Source: a virus | Lineage: Duplodnaviria; Caudoviricetes | IMG/VR virus record: IMGVR_UViG_3300046714_000321 | Coordinates: 1 to 52,519 of that record | Direction: 5' to 3' (one strand) | Length of the DNA: 52,519 nt | Shown here: one piece after another, positions 8,075 through 16,342 of the stretch | Numbering within the stretch: the stretch's first letter is position 1 | How the letters are laid out: each line of letters begins with the position of its first letter | Made by a program: the position numbers and the translations under genes | The notes under the pieces: generated by a model | Told to the model about the DNA's origin: nothing | Database searches by the model: none | The model's input: only the letters and a program-made list of their open reading frames with translations

Positions 8075-9882
8075 GTGACTGGCTTACGTCCACGTTCGCG
8101 GCGGACAAGGCCCTGGGCTCCAGCCCGGAGTTTCACCGGATCGACCGCGTCCCGCGCCGCACATGGACGGCCCAGGAGGGCGAGGACCTCCGGGTGCGCA
8201 TGACCTCCGTACTCCGTACGCCCGGGGGGTCCCAGGAGCTCCGTCTGCCCCAGGCCATCGCGCTAGCGGAAATCGGTACCCAGGGGGCGGGTTTCTTCCC
8301 CCTCAAGGTCGGCGCGGGAAAGACCCTGATCTCCCTCCTGGCCGCCTACGTGCTGGGTGCCAAGCGGCCTTTGCTTCTCATGCCGGCCGCTCTCCTGGCC
8401 CGTACCCAGCGGGAGATGGGGCCACTCATGAAGGAGTGGCTGATTCCCCGGTCGATCCGGCCCATGTCGTACCAGTTCCTCTCCCAGGAGGCGAACGCCA
8501 ACGTCCTGGAGTTCTGGCGACCTGACCTGATTATCTGCGATGAGGCCCACAAGCTGAAAAATCGACGGGCCGCGTGCACGCGCCGCGTCAAAAAGTTTCT
8601 CGAGAAATATCCTGAGACCCGGTTCGTTGTCCTATCCGGGACCATGCAGAAGCACGGCGTGAAGGATTATGCCCACCTCCTCCGCTGGTCCATGAAGCAA
8701 AACGCCACCCTTCCCGCGAACGAGGGGGAGCTGGAGCAGTGGGCGGAAATCCTGGATGAGGGTGTGCAGTTCCGGCGGATGCGCCCTGGCGTCCTTCTGA
8801 ATTGGTGCACGGACGAGGACCATGCCAAGGCCAAGGGCGACGAGACGCGGTCCGCGCGCCTGGGTTTCCAGCGCCGGCTCCTGGAGACCCCAGGCGTTTT
8901 CGCGACACCCGGCGAGGAAGTGGCGGCCAGCCTGATAGTCGGCGCCATCCGCTACCAGGCCAACCCGTCCACCGAGGCCAATTTCGGGAAGCTCCGTAAG
9001 GAGTGGACGACACCCGACGGGTGGACCCTGGCCCTGGCCCCTCACGTGTGGGCGAAAGCCCGGGAGCTCGCGCTTGGTTTTCATCATATTTGGGACCCTC
9101 GCCCGCCCGAAAAGTGGCTCAACGCGCGCAAGGCCTGGGCTAAATACGTCCGTTCCATCCTGGCCGACTCCCGTCACCTGGATTCGGAGCTCCAGGTCTG
9201 GAACGCGGTCCGGCGCGGGGAGCTGGGGGACCCGGACGGCGAGGCCCTTCAGGCCGCGTGGGCCGCAATCAAGGACACCTTCACGCCGCACGTGAAAGCG
9301 GTCTGGCACGACGATACCGCCCTCAAGGTGGCCCACCGGTGGATTGAGGACGGACCGGGGATCGTGTGGGTGGAACACGTCCTTTTCGGGGAACGATTGG
9401 CCTCGTTAACTGGATGCGATTACTACGGGAGCCAAGGCGTTAACAGCAAAGGACGTCCAATCGAAGACGAGAGGGGGGACCGTCCCGTGATCGCCTCGAT
9501 TCAGGCCAATGGCACCGGCCGAAACCTACAGCGTTTCGCCCGCAACCTGATCACGTCCCTGCCCCAGGGGGCGGATATCCTGGAGCAACTAATCGGCCGC
9601 ACGCATCGCGATGGCCAGACGGCGGACGAGGTTACCGTCGATTTTCTCGTGGGTTGCGCGGAGCACCTGGAGGGCTTCTGGAAAGCCCGCGCGGACGCGG
9701 AGATGGCCCGCGACACCATGGGCCAGCCCCAGAAACTCCTCCTGGCCGATATCGACGTCCCGTCCGTGGACGAGATGAGGCTCTGGCCTGGCGCCCGTTG
9801 GACGCGCACGGCCCAGGCCGCGGGGGCGGAGGGGATTACTAATATGATGCTGTTAGCAGCTCTGGAAAACATACGAGGATAA
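8071..9882 (+). CDS. SF2 (SNF2-like) DNA helicase
   Basis: VGAGKT, DEAH, LSGT, QLIGRTHR motifs; TTG start at 8071 coupled to the upstream stop. Confidence 0.9.
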   Translation: MSDWLTSTFAADKALGSSPEFHRIDRVPRRTWTAQEGEDLRVRMTSVLRTPGGSQELRLPQAIALAEIGTQGAGFFPLKVGAGKTLISLLAAYVLGAKRPLLLMPAALLARTQREMGPLMKEWLIPRSIRPMSYQFLSQEANANVLEFWRPDLIICDEAHKLKNRRAACTRRVKKFLEKYPETRFVVLSGTMQKHGVKDYAHLLRWSMKQNATLPANEGELEQWAEILDEGVQFRRMRPGVLLNWCTDEDHAKAKGDETRSARLGFQRRLLETPGVFATPGEEVAASLIVGAIRYQANPSTEANFGKLRKEWTTPDGWTLALAPHVWAKARELALGFHHIWDPRPPEKWLNARKAWAKYVRSILADSRHLDSELQVWNAVRRGELGDPDGEALQAAWAAIKDTFTPHVKAVWHDDTALKVAHRWIEDGPGIVWVEHVLFGERLASLTGCDYYGSQGVNSKGRPIEDERGDRPVIASIQANGTGRNLQRFARNLITSLPQGADILEQLIGRTHRDGQTADEVTVDFLVGCAEHLEGFWKARADAEMARDTMGQPQKLLLADIDVPSVDEMRLWPGARWTRTAQAAGAEGITNMMLLAALENIRG

Positions 9883-9885
9883 AAC

Positions 9886-10368
9886 ATGCAGGCAGATAAT
9901 TTTTTCGGCGGAATGAAGGATACGGAGCTCTCCAAAAAGGGGACCTACCTCACGGACGGCATTTTTCGCCTTCGTGTGAAGTCTACCGAGCGGGTGGATT
10001 TCCGTGACGGTGTGAAAAAGGGTTACGCGGTCACCGTGGAGGTCATCGAGACCCCGGATCCCGTCAAGCACCCGGTGGGTTCCGAGCGCTCCTACTTCGT
10101 GACACTTCGGCCCGGCGACGACGGCCGCAAGATGTTTATGCAGAGCGTCAAATCCTTTATCGTCGCGGCCCTCGGTTATGACGCGAAGGTAGACGAGGAA
10201 AAGATCAAGTCGGAACTCGATCCGAAAATCGAGCAACTGGCTCTCGCCTCCACGCAAAACAAGGCACTTCTCGCGGGTCGCGAAGTGATCTGCGAAGTGA
10301 AATCCGTCCCCAAGAAATCGAAGCCGACGGAGATGTTTTCCCGGCACACATTCTCCCCCGCAAAATAA
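9886..10368 (+). CDS. Putative single-stranded DNA-binding protein
   Basis: 160 aa beta-rich protein between helicase and polymerase, GAGG RBS; function inferred from position and composition. Confidence 0.5.
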   Translation: MQADNFFGGMKDTELSKKGTYLTDGIFRLRVKSTERVDFRDGVKKGYAVTVEVIETPDPVKHPVGSERSYFVTLRPGDDGRKMFMQSVKSFIVAALGYDAKVDEEKIKSELDPKIEQLALASTQNKALLAGREVICEVKSVPKKSKPTEMFSRHTFSPAK

Positions 10369-10390
10369 TCGACGGCTGGGCTGAAAAAGG

Positions 10391-10419
10391 TTGCCCGTAA
10401 TCTAGCGTCGCGCTAGATA
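10391..10419 (+). promoter_or_regulatory. Sigma-70-like promoter overlapped by palindromic operator A
   Basis: TTGCCC-17nt-TAGATA; ATCTAGCG-TCG-CGCTAGAT perfect inverted repeat; near-identical arrangement at 36387-36415. Confidence 0.6.
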
Positions 10420-10440
10420 CACCTTGTCCCCTTGCAGCTC

Positions 10441-10502
10441 ATGCGGGGGTTGACGCCGGTCAAGGAAACCGGCCGCCATGGTTGGCAAGTCGACCCCCGT
10501 AT
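10441..10502 (+). ncRNA. Structured RNA element 1 (three-way junction)
   Basis: 14-bp closing stem with two G-U pairs enclosing hairpins GCCGGT/ACCGGC and GCCA/TGGC. Confidence 0.6.
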
Positions 10503-10524
10503 TTCACTGTATCTGTAATCACTA

Positions 10525-10663
10525 CCGGGGATAAGCCTCGGTTTCTGGGTATGGTGCGCCCTGGCGTAAGCCTTGCCGCATCGGCCATGTAGGCCCACAA
10601 GCGCCCTCCGTTCTCCGGGGCGTTCGGGCCCCAGTGCACCCAGAAGCCGAGGCTTATCCCTGG
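10525..10663 (+). ncRNA. Structured RNA element 2 (26-bp closing stem, multibranched interior)
   Basis: 10525-10550 pairs with 10638-10663 with only two G-U wobbles; internal hairpins GGC-GTAA-GCC, GGCC-ATGTA-GGCC, GGGGC-GTTCGG-GCCCC. Confidence 0.65.
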
Positions 10664-10677
10664 AAGGGAAATAGTCC

Positions 10678-11082
10678 ATGGTCACTGAGATTACCGAGAA
10701 GAAAAAGCAAATCCCGGGTGCAGAGGATATCCCCGGCTGGATGCGCACGGCGGCCAAGCTAGTGGCCGATGGCCTCGATCCCATTCACGACCTGGCGATC
10801 AGCATCTCCGAGAAGGGCGCCACCCTCGTGGGCCGCATGGTCCTGGGCCGCACCATGCGGGCCATGGCCGAAGAGACGAAGGACCCCGAGTACAAGGTCG
10901 GCCTCCTGACGATGGCCGCCACGGTCGAGAAGTTCCCGGAGCCGCACCCCGAGGGCCACCCGGCGATCTGTTTCGTCCTTTTTGAGTGGTCGACCGGGAC
11001 CCTTCTCTGCCGCTTTTTTGACAAGCAGGCGACGCCCGAGGTGGTCGAGTTCAAGCCGAACGCGGTCGGGGGCCAGGCCTGA
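10678..11082 (+). CDS. Hypothetical protein
   Basis: AAGGGA RBS; 134 aa directly upstream of the polymerase. Confidence 0.7.
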   Translation: MVTEITEKKKQIPGAEDIPGWMRTAAKLVADGLDPIHDLAISISEKGATLVGRMVLGRTMRAMAEETKDPEYKVGLLTMAATVEKFPEPHPEGHPAICFVLFEWSTGTLLCRFFDKQATPEVVEFKPNAVGGQA

Positions 11083-11084
11083 TC

Positions 11085-13034
11085 GTGCGCTTCACGTTCG
11101 ATACGGAAACCGCCCGGTTTCGCCCCGGGGTCATGGCCCCGGAGCTGGCGTGCGTTTCCTACGTGGTGGCCGGCCAATACCCCCAGCTGGTACACGTGAA
11201 CAACTCCCGGGACGTTATCTGTACCTGGCTGAGAGACGCCGATCTGATCGTCGCCCACCACGCCCCTTACGACCTGGCCGTAATCTGCGCCCACTGGCCC
11301 GACCTTATCCCGGCCGTTTTCGCGGCCCTTTCAGCCGACCGGATTACGGACACGAAAATCCGGGAGCAACTGATCATGCTCGGATTCGGCCGGTTCAAGG
11401 GCCACCGGGACAAGTCGGGCAAGTGGACGAAAACCCAGTACTCGCTGGACATGCTGGCCCGGCGGTACCTGGGGCACCAGATCGACAAGAAGGACCCTGA
11501 GATCGAGGCCATCCGCCTGGGTTTCGGCCCCCTCCGACACCTCCCGCTGGACCAGTGGCCGCCCAAGGCCGTGGCCTATGCGAAAGAGGACGCCGATCTT
11601 ACGGACCGGATTTTCCAGCTCCAAGAGAAGGCGCCCCCGGAATTCCTGGTCAACCAGTACGCCCAGACCCGTTACGCGTTTTGGCTCCACCTGGCGAAAA
11701 CCTGGGGCCTCCGGACGCGCACGGAAGGCGTTACCGCCCTGACCCAGGAGGTCGAACGGCGGAAAGAGGACGTCAAGAAGGAGCTCATGGGCCACGGCCT
11801 CGTGCGCGACGACGGGAGCCGGGACACGAAGGAGGCCGCCGCGTTGATGATCAAGGTCTGCACGGAGGCCCAGAAGGAGGTCCGCCGGAACGACCCCACC
11901 GAGAAGATGCTGCGGGACGGCCAGACCCAGGGATCCGTCCAGCTGGACGAGGACGCGTGCCGTTACTCCGAGGACGACACCATGCTCCTTTATGCGGAGT
12001 ACACGGTCCTGGGGTCGATTCTGTCCAAGGACGTGCCGGCCCTGGCCGCGGGGGTGGAGTTTCCGATCCACACCGATTTCGGCCTGGCCGAGTCAGGTCG
12101 GACGACGTCCGCCAGCCCCAACGTCCAGAACTTCCGTCGATCGTCGGACGAGGAAGGGAGCCTAACGGCCGGCCTCCAGGGGATTCGGGAGTGTTTCGTG
12201 CCGCGCGCCGGCCACGTCTATTTCCAGGCCGATTACCCGTCCCTGGAGCTCCGGACCCTGGCCCAGGCCTGCATGAGCCTGGTTGGGCACTCGGAACTGG
12301 CCAAGGTCCTCAACGCGGACGTGGACCCGCACACTTCCCTGGCCGCGGAGATCCTCGGGATCCCCTACGACGAATGCAAGGCGCGCCTCAAGGCGGAAAA
12401 GGACCTACCGAAAGGCTCGCAAAAGCCGTGTGATAACGCCCGTCAGACGGCCAAGGTCGCGAACTTTGGGTTTCCCGGAGGCCTCGGTTACAAGTCCCTG
12501 ATTTCTTTCGCCCGTAAGTCCTACAAGGTAATTCTGTCGGAGGACCAGGCACGGGATCTGAAACGCAGGTGGCTCGCCCGATGGCCGGAAATGCGGGAGT
12601 ACTTCGATTTCGTCGCCCGCCTGACGGACGAGGACCGGCCCGTGGTCCAGCTGTTTTCCAACCGGATCCGGCGCGGCTGCACGTACACGAGCGCCTGCAA
12701 CACCTACTTTCAGGGCCTGGGCGCCGACTGCTCCAAGCTCGCGGGCTGGGAAGTTTCGAAGCGCTGTTACCTGGAGCACTTGAAATCCCCGCTTTTTGGC
12801 TCTCGGATCGTGAACTTCGTGCACGACGAAATTATTGGGGAGTGCCTGGATAACGATCAGGCCCACGACGTGGCCACGGAGCTGGCCAAGGTCATGAAAG
12901 ATGCGGCGAATCGGCTCCTTCCGGACGTGCCGTTTATCGACGTGGAGCCGGCCCTCATGGCCTACTGGAGCAAAAACGCGAAGACGATCCGGGACGAAAA
13001 CGGCCGCCTCAAGGTCTGGGGGCGCGACAAATGA
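11085..13034 (+). CDS. polA: Family A DNA polymerase with 3'-5' exonuclease
   Basis: Exo motifs DTET, HHAPYD, YAKED; motif A ADYPSLE, motif B RQTAKVANFG, motif C VHDEI. Confidence 0.95.
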   Translation: MRFTFDTETARFRPGVMAPELACVSYVVAGQYPQLVHVNNSRDVICTWLRDADLIVAHHAPYDLAVICAHWPDLIPAVFAALSADRITDTKIREQLIMLGFGRFKGHRDKSGKWTKTQYSLDMLARRYLGHQIDKKDPEIEAIRLGFGPLRHLPLDQWPPKAVAYAKEDADLTDRIFQLQEKAPPEFLVNQYAQTRYAFWLHLAKTWGLRTRTEGVTALTQEVERRKEDVKKELMGHGLVRDDGSRDTKEAAALMIKVCTEAQKEVRRNDPTEKMLRDGQTQGSVQLDEDACRYSEDDTMLLYAEYTVLGSILSKDVPALAAGVEFPIHTDFGLAESGRTTSASPNVQNFRRSSDEEGSLTAGLQGIRECFVPRAGHVYFQADYPSLELRTLAQACMSLVGHSELAKVLNADVDPHTSLAAEILGIPYDECKARLKAEKDLPKGSQKPCDNARQTAKVANFGFPGGLGYKSLISFARKSYKVILSEDQARDLKRRWLARWPEMREYFDFVARLTDEDRPVVQLFSNRIRRGCTYTSACNTYFQGLGADCSKLAGWEVSKRCYLEHLKSPLFGSRIVNFVHDEIIGECLDNDQAHDVATELAKVMKDAANRLLPDVPFIDVEPALMAYWSKNAKTIRDENGRLKVWGRDK

Positions 13035-13297
13035 CTACCGCGGAGATGGCCCGGGCCCTCCGGATCACGGAAGCGGCCGCCTACTGGCGACGCAAGCACT
13101 GGCCCCCGGAGCGCTGGTTTGAACCCCCTCGGGAGTACGGGCGCGAGAAGCCCCCGGCACCCAAGGTGGCGCGGCCCCGGGCCCAAAGTCTGGTTTCTCA
13201 GCTGGCCCAAAAGGCCGGGATTACGCGACGAGCGATGGCCTACCGCATGAAGCGATGGCCCATGGACCTCTGGCTGAAAGGTGCGGAATCATCATGA
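13031..13297 (+). CDS. Small protein with two tandem HTH-like repeats
   Basis: AEMARALRITEAAAYWRRKHWP and SQLAQKAGITRRAMAYRMKRWP. Confidence 0.6.
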   Translation: MTTAEMARALRITEAAAYWRRKHWPPERWFEPPREYGREKPPAPKVARPRAQSLVSQLAQKAGITRRAMAYRMKRWPMDLWLKGAESS

Positions 13298-13998
13298 GTT
13301 TTCGAGCGGGTGACCGGGTCCTGATCAACGCGAACGCCTATGGCCAAAACGGCAAATTCGGCGTGATTTCCCACGAACACGCTCCCCAGATGTGGGTGGT
13401 AAAGCACGAGGAAGCGCGCCTATTTCCTGAGTATCCCGAGGGGTACTATTTCGAAGGGGAGCTATCCCGGGTCACGGAAATCGAGGCCAAAACCCTCCCC
13501 AGTGGCCAGCTCCCCCAGCCCCCGCCGCTCCCCCGCGAGGTCCGGCCCACGGCCCCGAGCGCGAAGGATTTCAAGGCGACCAACCCCAAGGACGGCGCGG
13601 CCACGGCACGCCTGGCCCTCTCCCTCTTTCCCCAGACCGCTATCGCGTACGGGGCGCTGGCCATGACGGAGGGCCACCAAAAGTACGGTGGTTATAACTA
13701 TCGGGAGGCCGGCGTTAATGCATCGGTTTACGTGGACGCCTGCATGCGCCACCTTTTCAAGTGGTACAACGGCCAGGAGGCGGACGGGGCCACGGGAGTT
13801 CCAGAACTTGCCTCCGCCCTGGCCTGTCTGGCCGTCCTGATCGACGCCGTCGAGTGCCAGAAACTGAAGGACGACCGGCCGCCCGTCGGACCTATGGCTG
13901 GTCTATTGGCCCGCATGGAGCAGAGCACGAAAGCCCTCCAGGAGAGGTTCCCGGGAAGCCCCGGACGCTGCGTCGCGAAGAAACCCGAGGCCGCGTGA
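13294..13998 (+). CDS. dATP/dGTP diphosphohydrolase domain protein (DUF5664)
   Basis: TNPKD...GHQKYGGYNYRE...YVDACMRHLFKWYNGQEAD..TGVPELASA...DDRP signature; N-terminal SH3-like FRAGDRV segment. Confidence 0.85.
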   Translation: MSFRAGDRVLINANAYGQNGKFGVISHEHAPQMWVVKHEEARLFPEYPEGYYFEGELSRVTEIEAKTLPSGQLPQPPPLPREVRPTAPSAKDFKATNPKDGAATARLALSLFPQTAIAYGALAMTEGHQKYGGYNYREAGVNASVYVDACMRHLFKWYNGQEADGATGVPELASALACLAVLIDAVECQKLKDDRPPVGPMAGLLARMEQSTKALQERFPGSPGRCVAKKPEAA

Positions 13999-14333
13999 AA
14001 GATTCGGCCGTCCCGACCGAGGTCCAGGTGGTCGATACCCTCTACTCCGTGGAGGTCCGGCCCAAGGTTTTCGTGGATCGGGAGCAGACGGCCGGGTCCT
14101 TTTCCGGGACGGAGATGGCTATCCAGATCGCCCGTGCCACCCGGGAGCGAATGCGCTGGGCGTGCCGGCATGAGACGTTCCACGCGGCGGAGCACGAGGT
14201 GGCAGAGAAGGAGCTAAACGACCTTCTGGGCCAGCGCTTGGCCATCAAAGTGTCCGAGATTTACGCCGGCAAAGTTATCCCCGCCTACCTGGCCGCTCTA
14301 GAAAACGCCGGCCTAATTGAAATCAAGAGATGA
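13995..14333 (+). CDS. Small HExxH metallopeptidase-like protein
   Basis: GTGA-coupled start; RHETFHA motif. Confidence 0.6.
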   Translation: MKDSAVPTEVQVVDTLYSVEVRPKVFVDREQTAGSFSGTEMAIQIARATRERMRWACRHETFHAAEHEVAEKELNDLLGQRLAIKVSEIYAGKVIPAYLAALENAGLIEIKR

Positions 14334-15385
14334 AAACCTCCGACCTTCTCAAGTTTCGCCGCGTTCAGGACCAGCTATCGGAGGCCAGGGCTGCCCACGC
14401 GGAGCTCCTGGAGGCCCTGGAGGAGTACAAGATCCGCCAGAAGTTCCTGGATCGGGCGGCGCTTTACAGCCCCACGCCCCGGATCATGAAGAAAGAGAAG
14501 GGGAGCCGGGTCCGGGAGTGTACGGCCGTCGCGCTTCTGTCGGACGTCCATTTCGAGGAAACCGTGGAGCCCGAGACGATCGACTGGCTCAATGCGTACA
14601 GTATCCCGATCGCGACACTTCGGCTCAAAAAGTTTTTTGAGGCCGTTATCTGGAATGTGGAGCACCACCGGGCGGACGGAAACATCCGCATCCGCTCGCT
14701 TGTCCTCTCCCTCCTGGGGGACCTGATCACTGGCTACATCCACCGGGAGCTGGTCGAGTCTAACGGGTGCAGCCCCACCCTGGCCACGTTCCAGTTGATG
14801 CGGATCCTCCGGGACGGGATCGCCACCCTCCTGGAACACGGGGGTTTCGAGAAAATCGTTATCCCTTGCAGCATCGGTAACCACGGCCGGACGACAGATA
14901 AACAGCAGATTTCGACGGGTTACGCGAATTCGTTTGAGTGGCTCCTTTACAACCTTCTAAAGGACATGTTCGCCCATGAAAAACGAGTCCATTTCGAGGT
15001 TACCGCCGACCGACACCAGTACGTCGAAGTGTACGGAAAGACCCTCGGATTCCACCACGGGGACTCGGTGCGTTCTCTCGGAGGTGTGGGCGGGATTGCG
15101 GTTCCGCTCCTCCGAGCCATCCCCCGTTGGGACTCCGTTCGACGCTGTCATATTCGACATGTGGGCCACTTCCACCAATATCGAGACTTTGGATCGCTTG
15201 TGGTCAACGGCCCACTTATCGGCTTCGCCCCGTACTCCCAGTTTATCGGAGCCGGTTACGAAGAGCCGTCGCAAGCCTTCTACCTGATCGACTCCGAGGC
15301 GGGAAAGTGCCAGTCCACGCCCCTCTGGGTTAAGTCCTCGAAAGAACCGAAGATTAAGCGGCCGCCGTCGGCCATCGCGGGGTGA
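14330..15385 (+). CDS. Calcineurin-like metallophosphoesterase
   Basis: SDVH, LGD, GNHG, HHGD, GHFH motifs. Confidence 0.9.
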   Translation: MKTSDLLKFRRVQDQLSEARAAHAELLEALEEYKIRQKFLDRAALYSPTPRIMKKEKGSRVRECTAVALLSDVHFEETVEPETIDWLNAYSIPIATLRLKKFFEAVIWNVEHHRADGNIRIRSLVLSLLGDLITGYIHRELVESNGCSPTLATFQLMRILRDGIATLLEHGGFEKIVIPCSIGNHGRTTDKQQISTGYANSFEWLLYNLLKDMFAHEKRVHFEVTADRHQYVEVYGKTLGFHHGDSVRSLGGVGGIAVPLLRAIPRWDSVRRCHIRHVGHFHQYRDFGSLVVNGPLIGFAPYSQFIGAGYEEPSQAFYLIDSEAGKCQSTPLWVKSSKEPKIKRPPSAIAG

Positions 15386-15549
15386 GCGTGGATATCGATC
15401 CTCAAGGGGACCCCAGGGTCGAGGCTTGTCTGGCCCTCTGGGTCCTCATGGTCCCTTGGGCGCTTTCCGGCTCTTTTTGGGTCGGGGTCGGTACCTGGGT
15501 TGGCGTCGTGGGTGGGGTGGCCGCCGTGGAGCATTACCTGTATGGCTAA
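15382..15549 (+). CDS. Small membrane protein (55 aa, absent from the ORF track)
   Basis: MSVDIDPQGDPRVEACLALWVLMVPW...VEHYLYG; overlaps both neighbours. Confidence 0.5.
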   Translation: MSVDIDPQGDPRVEACLALWVLMVPWALSGSFWVGVGTWVGVVGGVAAVEHYLYG

Positions 15550-16342
15550 AGGGAAGTTCGACCAGGACACGTACGATCAGTTTCGCGCCGCCCGAGAGGC
15601 GGGGGACCGAAAAACCGCCGACCGCCATCGTAATACGCTGGTCGAGGAAAACCGCTTCCTGGCCGTCAAGATGGCCAACAATTTCCGGAAGTTCACGGCC
15701 CGGCATATGGACCTCCAGGACCTGATTCAGGCTGGCATTGTGGGCCTGATTACGGCCATCGAACGCTTCGACCCCAACCGAGGCAAGTTCGGCACCTACG
15801 CGGCCCAATACATCCACATGGAGATGCAGGACGCGTCTCTCCGCGACCAGCCGGTTTACCGCCCCCGGTCCGATTACCTCCGCCAGGTCCAGATCAAGGT
15901 CATGGAGCGTATCCGGGCCAAGGAAGGCCGGGAGGCCACGCCCGAGGAGCTGGGGTGCAGCCCCGAGGCCCTCCGCCGGCACCTGGAGAGGGTGAAACCC
16001 CTTCACATGGTCACGTCGGCCAAGGACGAGGGCGAGGACGGGCGCACGCGGACCGTCGAAAACCTGATCCCCTCGACGTCCAGCACGGAGGAGCTCCTGG
16101 CCACCCTGAACCGGGAGACGGCCCTGGCTGGCATCTCCGAGGCGGACCGCCTGCTTTTCCTCGAGAAATACCAGGAAAATATCCCCTACAAGGATCTCGA
16201 GAAGAAGTACGGCCAGACCAAATACATGCTGGGAATGCGGCTCATGAGGGCCCGTCGGCGCCTAGAGCTGTTATTACATGGCGAGCAAACTAACCGCCGA
16301 TATCGTAAGCGTGGCCGTCGATCGGGAGCTCTGTCGGCGTAG
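15542..16342 (+). CDS. Phage-encoded sigma-70 family RNA polymerase sigma factor
   Basis: Region 2 DLQDLIQAGIVGLITAIERFDPNRGKFGTYA; region 3 GREATPEEL; region 4 HTH-like C-terminus. Confidence 0.9.
   Translation: MAKGKFDQDTYDQFRAAREAGDRKTADRHRNTLVEENRFLAVKMANNFRKFTARHMDLQDLIQAGIVGLITAIERFDPNRGKFGTYAAQYIHMEMQDASLRDQPVYRPRSDYLRQVQIKVMERIRAKEGREATPEELGCSPEALRRHLERVKPLHMVTSAKDEGEDGRTRTVENLIPSTSSTEELLATLNRETALAGISEADRLLFLEKYQENIPYKDLEKKYGQTKYMLGMRLMRARRRLELLLHGEQTNRRYRKRGRRSGALSA

Noticed and set aside
10525-10663. Retron msr-msd, canonical tRNA, or hammerhead/HDV ribozyme
   Set aside because: No reverse transcriptase in the genome and no long msd hairpin; tRNA D-loop, anticodon arm and CCA are missing; ribozyme core sequences not found by eye
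13294-13998. 2-aminoadenine (Z) or 7-deazaguanine genome
   Set aside because: No PurZ, FolE/QueCDE or DpdA-like gene recognisable; DUF5664 alone is insufficient
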